59,345 nt of DNA from Verrucomicrobiia bacterium (GTDB taxonomy: Bacteria > Verrucomicrobiota > Verrucomicrobiia > Verrucomicrobiales > DEV007): assembly GCA_030430255.1 (NCBI GenBank), contig JAUIGD010000001.1:1-59345 (forward strand). Reading direction: 5' to 3'. Made by a program: the position numbers and the translations under genes. The notes under the pieces were generated by a model. That model worked only from the letters and a program-made list of their open reading frames with translations, was not told the DNA's origin and did no database searches. Of the stretch, positions 17,949-29,127 are shown piece after piece (position 1 is the first letter of the stretch; each line of letters starts with the position of its first letter).

Positions 17949-18107
17949 CCATATCCCCTCAACACAAACAAAGAGATGCGAACAAGCAGCCCTTTGTTTT
18001 ATTGAGCCAAAATATAAAGCAAACTTAAATAGTTGCGCAACTAGTTTTGGTTTCTTTTTCTTTCTATAGTTTTTGCGGGCGATGCGCGACCGCCCGCAGC
18101 CGCGACG

Positions 18108-18905
18108 ATGATTCTCCCGGATCTCCACCTTCTCACCGACCCGGAACCCGCCCGCCCAGGAGGGCTCAACATGGCCTTGGACGTCGTTTTGCTGGAGCAA
18201 GCAGCGCGCCCTTGGCTGCGGTTCTACCGGTGGGATCAGCGATCGCGCACCATCGGCTACTTCGAGCGGCCGTCCGGCCACACCGATTGCCCGGTGTTCC
18301 GCCGCCCCACCGGGGGCGGGACCGTCCTCCATGGCGGCGCGAATGACACCACCTTCGCCCTCGGGGTGCCGCGCCGGTGCGATTTCGCCAAGCTGCGACC
18401 GGCGACCACCTACACCCAGATCCACGCCGCCCTGCAGGCCGCCCTCGAAGAGATCGGGATTTCGGTTTCGTTGGCTCGAGCCGATCCACGACAGGAAGAC
18501 GAGGCAGCGGAAGACCACGCTCAGCGGTCGGGAAAAAAGACGGCCGGAGGAGCTCGCCGCCCCATCGATGCCGCCGGGGTGACGCCACCCACGCCAGATC
18601 CTGGGGAGAGAGATCCCGCCCCCGGCGAGCGCACCCCGCACACGGCCGGTGGCTGTTTTCAAAACCCGGTGCAATCCGACCTGCTCGCCGCGGACGGGGG
18701 AAAGATCGCCGGTGGGGCGCAACGCCGCAACCGCCACGGTCTCCTCCACCAGGGCAGTATCAAAGCCGGACTGAGCGGCGGCTTCCCCGAGCGCTTCGCG
18801 ACCGCACTCTGCCCGCGTTGGCAGTCGGCTCCGCTGCCCCGAACCGCCGTCGCCGCCGCACGCGAGCTCGCCCCGCGGCGCTTCCCCGATCTACGCGAAA
18901 CCTGA
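18108..18905 (+). CDS. lipoate-protein ligase / octanoyltransferase (BPL_LplA_LipB) family protein with a low-complexity insert
   Basis: RRPTGGGTVLHG, ...KIAGGAQRR...LHQGSI motifs. An acidic/Pro-rich insert of about 60 aa lies between them. Confidence 0.7.
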   Translation: MILPDLHLLTDPEPARPGGLNMALDVVLLEQAARPWLRFYRWDQRSRTIGYFERPSGHTDCPVFRRPTGGGTVLHGGANDTTFALGVPRRCDFAKLRPATTYTQIHAALQAALEEIGISVSLARADPRQEDEAAEDHAQRSGKKTAGGARRPIDAAGVTPPTPDPGERDPAPGERTPHTAGGCFQNPVQSDLLAADGGKIAGGAQRRNRHGLLHQGSIKAGLSGGFPERFATALCPRWQSAPLPRTAVAAARELAPRRFPDLRET

Positions 18906-18918
18906 ATGGACCCGCCCC

Positions 18919-19458
18919 CTATTCCGGCCCGTACTCTTGGAGAAACTCCGCCTCGATCCGCGCTTCTGTCTCCGCCCTCTCTTGTTGAAGTTCAGCCAAC
19001 TGACGGGCAAAAGCGCGCTGCCTCGCACCTTGAGAACTGCTTGCTTCCTCCCCGGTGTCTACGATTCGCGCGTCGAGAATCTCCAAATCGCGCCTCAGTG
19101 CTTTGATGCGTTCGGTGTCCGGCCGCCATTGTCCCAGCGGAAGCTGCGACAGGGAAGAGAACCCATCGGCGGTGACATCGCCGAGCGGCACGCGGTACCT
19201 CTTCGGCTCGCCCCGCCGCTGGAAGATGAGCTCTGACGAGGTTCTCCCGACAATGACCGCATCAATCTCGACACCCCCTTTGTTCACCAATCGCGCCTCG
19301 AAGGGGTAAGCCTTCGCCTCGGAATCGCCCCCGCCGCCGCCGCCTGGAGGCGAGGCTTTGAAAACTTTCGGCGCCTCCCCTTTGTCGGGGTCGCCGCAAC
19401 CGGCGAGCACGGCGAAAAGAGCTGCAGACAACAGGAATGGGGCTCTGGAGGTCGTCAT
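18919..19458 (-). CDS. lipoprotein, hypothetical
   Basis: MTTSRAPFLLSAALFAVLAGC has a signal peptide with an LAGC lipobox. Confidence 0.65.
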   Translation of the reverse strand: MTTSRAPFLLSAALFAVLAGCGDPDKGEAPKVFKASPPGGGGGGDSEAKAYPFEARLVNKGGVEIDAVIVGRTSSELIFQRRGEPKRYRVPLGDVTADGFSSLSQLPLGQWRPDTERIKALRRDLEILDARIVDTGEEASSSQGARQRAFARQLAELQQERAETEARIEAEFLQEYGPE

Positions 19459-19595
19459 ACTTCGCGTTCAGATACTGCCATACGCTACTCGTAGTTTTAC
19501 CGATCCCGCAAGTGATGTCACCGGCGGATCGCGAGGATGCACGCCGCATCGTTTTCTCACTTGGCCTCAGGCGACCGTTGCCGGACAATCCATGC

Positions 19596-21338
19596 ATGGC
19601 GTCCGCCCCGCCCCGCCCCCTCCGCCCGATCTTGGCCGTCGCGCTTCTGGGCATCGGCGGTGTCTCTTCAACCCCCGCGCAGGATCCCCCGCCGAGGCTC
19701 TCCAGCTGGAGCGAGACGGCCCAGCTCGAGTGGTGGCGCGACCACCCGGAGCCGGCGTCCCAACACGGCGGGCTCGCGACCTTGTGCGCCTCCCTGCGCC
19801 GCGCCCAAGAGCAACACGGCCTCGAGCGCGCGTTCGCCAACCGCCACTTCACCCGCTGGCTCACCCACGCGCTGTGGCTGTCGCTCTACCCGGCGCCCGC
19901 GGAGGCGGATCCCTACTTCGGCACCGCCGAAGCCCACGACGCCTTCCGCCGGGCCTCTGCGATCCCCGGCCTCGCCGCGCTGACGGTGCGCTCGATGAGC
20001 ACCCGCGACGCCCGCCCGCGCGCGCTCGAAGTGCTCTGCCGCATCGCCGCCGACCACCCCGGAGACCTCGCCGCCTACCCCGAGCTCGCGGTCGCCTTCG
20101 CCCTCGTGTGGGACCAACCGTTCCCCGAAGGGTGGCCGCACGCCAACGTCGGGATCGACGCCGTCCCCGCGGGCGACCCGGATCCGGCTGGACGCTTCGC
20201 CTTCACCGTCGCCAGCCACCGGGAAGACAAGCTCCTCCTCGACCCGCGCTCGCTATCGGTGCGCGAGCTCACCTTCGCCGTCGACACCCCGGTCGAGCTG
20301 CGCGAACTCGCCTACGTCCAGCAGGTCGAGATCGCCACCATCGCCAAGCTCGAGGGGCTCTACCGCGCCGTGCCCTACGACCACGGGCGCATCGCCGCCG
20401 AAAGCTATGGCTGGCCACACGGCCGCTACCGGCTCATCGACATCGGCAAGAAGGGCGGCATCTGCATGGACCAAGCCTACTTCGTCGCCCACACGGGCAA
20501 GGCCAAGGGGGTGCCCACCGTGCTGTTCACCGGCCAGGGCCGCTCCGGCGACCACGCCTGGCTCGGCTACCTGACGGGGCGCGGCCGATGGACGCTCGAC
20601 GCCGCCAAGTGGCGCGGCGAAAACTACCCGACAGGCCACGCCTTCGACCCGCAGACCTGGCGCCGCTTCACCGACGCGCAGATGGAGTACGCGGTCAAGG
20701 GATCCTCCGACAGCCCCTCCGCCGCCCGTGGCAAACTGATCCTCGGCTGGGCGGCGCTCAATGCCGGCCAACCCTTCTACCGCGACCTCCTGCGGGCCGC
20801 CCAGGCCGCCATGCCCCGCGGGTTCGAGGCCTGGGAACTGGAGGCCGAACTCCTCGTCAAAGCCGGTGCCGCCCCTGAGGAGAGGCGCGCCTTCTGGCAG
20901 CGCTGGGTGGCGAATTTCGCGGGCGAGCGCGACATGAAAGCGAAGGGGCAACGCGCCCTCCTCCGCGTGCTGCGCGAACTGGGTGACGACGACGCCGCCG
21001 ACCGGCTCGGGAGACAGATCGTCGCCGAGAACAAGTCGTCGCGCTTCGACCTCGGCATCGCGGTCGCCGCCGACGAGGTGTTCGCCCTCCAGGCGCGCGG
21101 CGAACATGAGGAGGCGGCGAAGGAATACGGCCGCGTGATGCGGCGCTTCAAGCGCGACGCCGGCGGCCATCTGTTCTACAACCTCGTCGAGCCCTACACC
21201 CGCGCCTGCCTCAGCGCCGCCCGGCGCGACGACGCCCAGGAAGCGGTCGCCATCGCCGGCGAGGTCCTCACCCCGCAGCCCGGCTCGATCCTCGACAACG
21301 ATTTTAGGGCGCTCCACGCCGAGGTCGATAGCCCATAG
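19596..21338 (+). CDS. secreted transglutaminase-like (Cys protease core) domain protein with a helical-repeat C-terminus
   Basis: ORF 19437..21338 trimmed to MASAPPRPLRPILAVALLGIGG. GGICMDQAYF...GDHAWLGY resembles the transglutaminase-core Cys/His. Confidence 0.6.
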   Translation: MASAPPRPLRPILAVALLGIGGVSSTPAQDPPPRLSSWSETAQLEWWRDHPEPASQHGGLATLCASLRRAQEQHGLERAFANRHFTRWLTHALWLSLYPAPAEADPYFGTAEAHDAFRRASAIPGLAALTVRSMSTRDARPRALEVLCRIAADHPGDLAAYPELAVAFALVWDQPFPEGWPHANVGIDAVPAGDPDPAGRFAFTVASHREDKLLLDPRSLSVRELTFAVDTPVELRELAYVQQVEIATIAKLEGLYRAVPYDHGRIAAESYGWPHGRYRLIDIGKKGGICMDQAYFVAHTGKAKGVPTVLFTGQGRSGDHAWLGYLTGRGRWTLDAAKWRGENYPTGHAFDPQTWRRFTDAQMEYAVKGSSDSPSAARGKLILGWAALNAGQPFYRDLLRAAQAAMPRGFEAWELEAELLVKAGAAPEERRAFWQRWVANFAGERDMKAKGQRALLRVLRELGDDDAADRLGRQIVAENKSSRFDLGIAVAADEVFALQARGEHEEAAKEYGRVMRRFKRDAGGHLFYNLVEPYTRACLSAARRDDAQEAVAIAGEVLTPQPGSILDNDFRALHAEVDSP

Positions 21339-21367
21339 CGGCCCCTGGCAAGCCGAGCGCTTCCCCG

Positions 21368-23659
21368 CTACCCCCCGTTCACCGCCTTCTCGAGCGCGGC
21401 GATGAACTTCGCCTTGGCCGCTTCGGGAGCGATCGCCGGCGGCGACAGCTGCGTCGGCAGCTCCACCACCTTGCCACCCTGCGATCCGAGGATCAGCGGG
21501 TAGTAGGGGATGTTGGGCTGTTTCAACGCGTCGAGGAACTCGCTGTAGACCCAGACATCATCGGTTTGGTCGGCGACCATCGCGACGACGTCGAGCTCTT
21601 TGAGCTTGTTGGAAATCTCTTCGGTGTGCAGAACAAACTGTTCATTGGTCTGGCAGGTCAGTCACCACACCGCCGTGTAGTCGATGTAGACGTCCCGGCC
21701 GTTGCGCACGTACTCGAGCGCCTTCACCGGGTCGAAGGGTTCGTAGGTCAAGCCCTCGACGACCTTCGGCTCCAGCACGCCAGCCGCCGCCTCCCTGCCC
21801 CCGGCCACCTTGCCACCAAACCACACGAACACACCGAGGCAACCCAGCGCCGCCAGCCGCCCGACCCAGCGCGTCGCCGGTTTCTTGACCGGCGTCGCGT
21901 AGCGACCGTAGATCCAGAGGCCGAACCCGAGCACCACCAGACCGAACAGCACCCAGTAGATCGCCCCCGCTTCGGTCACCTTGCCCAGCACCGCCAGCAG
22001 CCAGACCACCGTCGCGAACAAGGGGAACGACATGAACTGCTTGAACGACTCCATCCACGGCCCCGGACGGGGCAGCTTCTGGATCAGCGCCGGGAAGTAA
22101 GACAGCAACACGTAGGGCAGGGCCAAGCCCGCCCCGAGCGCGGTGAAGATGGCGAACGCGACCACCGGCGAGCCCGTCAGGGCGAAGCCGAGCGCCGGCC
22201 CCATGAACGGCCCGGTGCAGGGCGTGGCGACCAACACCGCCAACACCCCTGAAAAAAATGACCCGCTGTAGCCGTGCTTCGCCTGCAGGCCACTGCCGGC
22301 CCCGGTGAGCGAGGTCCCCAGCTCGAAAACCCCTGCGAGGTTGAGCGCGAAGACGAACATCACCGCGATCAGGAAGATGAGGAACCAGGGCTCCTGAAGC
22401 TGGAACCCCCAGCCCGCGCTGGCGCCCGCCGCGCGGATCATGAGCAACACCGCCACCAACAGCCACAGCGACAGCACCACCCCGGCGGCGAACACCCAAC
22501 CGTGCCGCCGGATCTTCGCCCGATCGCTGCCCGCCTGCTGCACGAAGCCGAGGATCTTGATCCCGAGCACCGGGAACACACAGGGCATGAGGTTCAAGAT
22601 GAGCCCGCCGAGGAACACCGCGCCGATCAGGAGGAGCAGCGGGAAACGCTGCTTCTCCAGGCCGCCGGCGAGTTCGGCGATCGCCTCGCGCACCTGGTCT
22701 GCGGCCGGCCCTTCCTTCGCCGGGTAGCGATACCCCCCCTCCGCGACGGCCGCCAGCGGTTCGCCCGGCGGCGCCCCCGGCGGAGGATCGATCTCGCCGC
22801 CCGCCGCCGCAGCGAGGCTCATGGCATCGATCCGCAGCGGGGTCACCCCTTCGCCGACGATAAACCCGCTCACCGTGTCCGGGATGCCGGAAGCCTCCTT
22901 GTGGTAGTCCAAGATGAGACTGAGCACCCCGTCCTCCAGCGCGGCGATCGGCTCGGGACCGGCGGCGGCCAGCCCGGGGAGATCGGGCAGGAAATAGACC
23001 TCGCCATTGTACTGGCCCGCATCGTCTTCGGGCACCTTGACTTGCAGGACGAGCAGCCCCTCGTCGTCAGCGATCGTGGCTTCGGCGGAGGCGATCCCTC
23101 CCGCCCCCGCCGCGAACGCCGCCTCCAACGCCGCGGCATCTCCGCTCGGGGCGACCGCGTCCGCGACCGGGAGCGACAGGGGCGCGACTTCGGTGGTGTT
23201 CGGGGGCGTGCAACCGTTCTCGTCGCAGGCCATCCAGTTGACCGAAGCGGAAAACGCCAGCGGACCGCCCTGGGGAAGGTCGTCCGGCGCCGTCACCTCA
23301 GCGATGAGGTACACCTCGCCCTCGTAGGTGTGGGAGACCATCGAGAAGGTCTCGGTGAATTTCTGCACATACCGGTGCGGCACCGGGTAGAGGGTCTCGC
23401 TCACGGCGAAACCCGCAGGGGCGGTCCAGTCCACCGTCGTCGGCTGCCCGGTCTCCCCCGGATTCGTCCAGTAGATGTGATACCCGGAGGCGATCTGCGC
23501 TTTGACCGCGATCTTGAACGCCGAACCCGGCGCCACCGATGCGACGTCGGAGAGCAGTTCGAAGCGCACCGGATCCTGGGCGGGCGCGACCCTCCCCGCG
23601 ACGAGGGCAAAAAACGCTGCGAGCGCGATCGACAGCAGGCGGGCCGGGGGGCGGGTCAT
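21368..23659 (-). CDS. dsbD: DsbD/ScsB-like thiol:disulfide interchange protein with an in-frame TGA (21662..21664) at the first Cys position of the C-terminal WCxxC; candidate selenoprotein (alternatively a fresh pseudogene)
   Basis: N-terminal DsbD-alpha-like domain (WMACDENGC). TM core with NLMPCVFP and ATPCTGP. The ORF ends ...YIDYTAVW-TGA, then the same frame continues LTCQTNEQFVLH... with no further stops for 97 codons to 21368 (track ORF 21368..21580 is in this frame). Confidence 0.7.
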
Positions 23660-23711
23660 CGCGAGGCAAGAGGGGCGGGCGCCCCGGATCATTCCCGGCC
23701 GGTGGAAAAAC

Positions 23712-23951
23712 TTAGCCGATGGCCTTGTGCGAGCCATCGCAGAACGCGCCGTCGCCGGAGCGTTTGCAGGCGCAGAACGCCACCGTCTTCTTCTCCTCGA
23801 TCGTCACCTTCTGCGGGCCGAACCCCGTCCCTTTGTGGCTGCCGTCACAGAAAGGTTGATCGGCGGAGAGCCCGCAGGAACACCACCAGTAGTCCCCCGG
23901 TTCGACCTCGATCACGCAGGGCTTGGTATCGGCAATTTTCGGTTCGTCCAT
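23712..23951 (-). CDS. CDGSH iron-sulfur domain protein (two CDGSH motifs)
   Basis: Contains PFCDGSHKG and AFCDGSHKA. 79 aa. Confidence 0.85.
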   Translation of the reverse strand: MDEPKIADTKPCVIEVEPGDYWWCSCGLSADQPFCDGSHKGTGFGPQKVTIEEKKTVAFCACKRSGDGAFCDGSHKAIG

Positions 23952-23971
23952 GGATTCGTGGGGTTGGAGGG

Positions 23972-27082
<3,111 letters not shown>

Positions 27083-27301
27083 GGTGGGTGGGCGGGAAAG
27101 GGGTCTCCTTCTGGGGTGAACGGTTCGGGTTGAATCCCTCTGGCCGCCGCGAAGCCGGGGCGAAAAGGGGACGCATCTAACAGCGGGATGCGGGGCTCCG
27201 CAAGCTGCCGTCGCGGTTTCCCGGAAACGGGCGAACGACCATCGATCGCCGGCGGCCGCTGGGCGCCGGCGTCGGGGCCCGGGGCGGAGGAACCCCCACC
27301 A

Positions 27302-28090
27302 CTACCTCCTCCCGGAGGTTCGGCCGAGCGTCTTCGGCAGCCGCCGCCGCGGCTCGTCGCTCACCTCGAAGGTCTCCTCGCCCCGGAACAGACGCCCGAC
27401 CCCCTCGCCGATCCCCTGGAAACCCTCCTTCACCCGGTCGGCCGCCCCGCCGACCCGCTCCCCGATCGCGGGGCCACCCACCACACCGCCGTCGCCGGGC
27501 ACCGCGCGGACCGCGCGCCGCCCCGGATCGGCCGGCGGCACCACCGGCTCGCGGTTGCCGTCGCGCGGGTGATACCACGACTGACGCACCACGCTGCCGT
27601 CTTCGCCCGAAACCTCGACCTCGCCCACATCGCGCCCGGCGCCGTCGCGGAGATAGAGGATCCAGAGCGGCGAGTTCCCCAGCGCCCCGGCGGCGAGCTG
27701 GTAGTCGATGGAGTCAAAACCCACCTTCGCCGCCGTCGCCACCCGGTTGGCGATGTTGAACGCCTCGCCGGAATCGACCCGCAAGCGCCGCATGTCGACC
27801 GGCACCCCGCCGCCAGCAGAATAGACCGTGTCGGCGACGATCCGGCCGTCGCGGACGACGAAGACCCGTTCGCCGTCCGCGACCCGGGTCGAAACTTCCC
27901 AAGCCTGTGGCTGATCCTGCCCCGACTCCCCACGCACCTGCGTCACCTGCTGCACCAGCGCGGCTCCGCGGCTCGCCTTCAGCGCATCCAGCGCCTGCCA
28001 CGCCGTCGAAGGGGTTTGGGCGGGAGCCTGCGAGAGCGCAAAAAGGATCGCAGCCAACAAGAACCAAGGGAGGAACTTCGAGCGTTTCAT
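27302..28090 (-). CDS. secreted hypothetical protein (two PepSY-like repeats, weak)
   Basis: Signal peptide MKRSKFLPWFLLAAILFALSQAPA. An AT-rich operator-like region lies upstream. Confidence 0.6.
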   Translation of the reverse strand: MKRSKFLPWFLLAAILFALSQAPAQTPSTAWQALDALKASRGAALVQQVTQVRGESGQDQPQAWEVSTRVADGERVFVVRDGRIVADTVYSAGGGVPVDMRRLRVDSGEAFNIANRVATAAKVGFDSIDYQLAAGALGNSPLWILYLRDGAGRDVGEVEVSGEDGSVVRQSWYHPRDGNREPVVPPADPGRRAVRAVPGDGGVVGGPAIGERVGGAADRVKEGFQGIGEGVGRLFRGEETFEVSDEPRRRLPKTLGRTSGRR

Positions 28091-28104
28091 TATTAAAAAA
28101 CTCT

Positions 28105-28127
28105 CTTAATTTTTGATAAAAATTAAG
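28105..28127. promoter_or_regulatory. perfect 10-3-10 AT-only palindrome (operator-like)
   Basis: CTTAATTTTTgatAAAAATTAAG lies 15 nt upstream of the ATG of gene 27302..28090. Confidence 0.4.
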
Positions 28128-28138
28128 ATCTGCAAGAT

Positions 28139-28161
28139 ATTTTTGATTCTTAATCAAAATT
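28139..28161. promoter_or_regulatory. second palindrome, 9/10 arms, sharing a TTTTTGAT core
   Basis: ATTTTTGATTcttAATCAAAATT lies 11 nt from the first palindrome. Confidence 0.35.
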
Positions 28162-28279
28162 TTCACCGATTCCGGGTCAGGAAGGGGAAACGCGGACAAG
28201 CGAGCTAAAAACTCTCGCCTCTGCCGTGGATCGCGGATCCGGGTAACTACGAATGGCGCTCGTTTAAGCCTGATCATCG

Positions 28280-28341
28280 GCGGGGCGATTTGGGCAATTT
28301 GTAAAACGATTCGCGCCGGAACGGGTCAGTTCGACGGGCTC
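28280..28341 (-). repeat. about 62-bp module shared with 5225..5287
   Basis: The reverse complement reads gagcccgtcgaactgacccgttccggcgcgaatcgttttacaaattgcccaaatcgccccgc. Confidence 0.75.
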
Positions 28342-28472
28342 CTAGCCCGGATCGATCACCACATTCGCAGGCGAGGCGCTGCCATTCGTTGACGCTGAGT
28401 AGGCGGCGGCAGGGATCGGCGAAGCGGCTGGGTGAACACCCTGCCCGAGCCGTTCCCAACGGCAACACCCTC
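28342..28472 (-). repeat. MITE-like element, copy C (right-arm half)
   Basis: The reverse complement aligns with copy A 1..132 and copy B 5092..5224. The terminal CTAG is at 28342..28345. Confidence 0.85.
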
Positions 28473-28585
28473 GCGATCGAACTCAGCCCGATGACCGACG
28501 GAGCCGATCAGTGGGCATGCTCGCCAGCCTGATTGAACCGACGAAGGGATGGATCGCCGAGGAACCCCGACGAAACCTGCGGCGC

Positions 28586-29014
28586 CTACTCGCCCCCGTC
28601 GTAGTTTTCGACCGCCTGCTTCAGTTCCGAAAAGGCTTTGTCCAGATCGTCTTGCTCGATGTTCTGCAGCGCCTCGGAGACGAGATCGCCCCCTTCGGCG
28701 GCGTTCTCCTTGCGCCGGTTCAGCTCCTTCTCCGCCGCGTCGATGATCTCCGAGCGGTCTTCCTCCGACACCTCAGACACGCGGCTCGCGACCGAGCGCG
28801 TGCCGCCGGGGGCGACGATCATGGATCCGTCTTGTGGCTGTGGTGGCGGGGCTGGGCGGCTCGGGCGGGTCGGGCGCGGACCGCTGGCCTCCGGTTTCGG
28901 CTGCGGGGTTTCGGCGACGGCGGGTTCCGGCTCCGGCTCCTTTCGCGTGGCGCATGAGCTGAGCGCCGCGATCGCCAGAGTGGAGCTGAGGGCGAGTGGC
29001 AGGAGGGAGCGCAT
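28586..29014 (-). CDS. lipoprotein, hypothetical (Pro-rich linker, acidic C-terminal helix)
   Basis: MRSLLPLALSSTLAIAALSSC has a signal peptide with a Cys lipobox. Confidence 0.6.
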   Translation of the reverse strand: MRSLLPLALSSTLAIAALSSCATRKEPEPEPAVAETPQPKPEASGPRPTRPSRPAPPPQPQDGSMIVAPGGTRSVASRVSEVSEEDRSEIIDAAEKELNRRKENAAEGGDLVSEALQNIEQDDLDKAFSELKQAVENYDGGE

Positions 29015-29127
29015 CGTGACGTGTGAATAGTTAAGGCGTATTGATTAGCACGGATCGTCGGCGGCGACCACTGCAAACCTCCGCCTTCACCTCGCGCTCG
29101 GGCGGGCCGGGAATCCGGCCGGCGCCC

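Noticed and set aside
21368-21580. A stand-alone 70-aa gene downstream of the dsbD-like ORF.
   Set aside because: It is in the same frame as 21662..23737, and the 81 nt between them are also open. Together they reconstruct one thioredoxin domain interrupted by a single TGA. It is therefore treated as part of the dsbD-like gene.
27121-27140. A tRNA-like T-arm word (cggttcgggttgaatccctc) in the secA leader.
   Set aside because: No complementary 5-bp T-stem, acceptor stem or anticodon arm can be drawn around it.
28105-28127. A Fur-box reading of TGATAAAAATTAAGA.
   Set aside because: It gives only about 11 of 14 matches to the 7-1-7 consensus as I remember it, inside pure AT sequence where such matches arise easily. 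It is kept only as a generic operator-like dyad.
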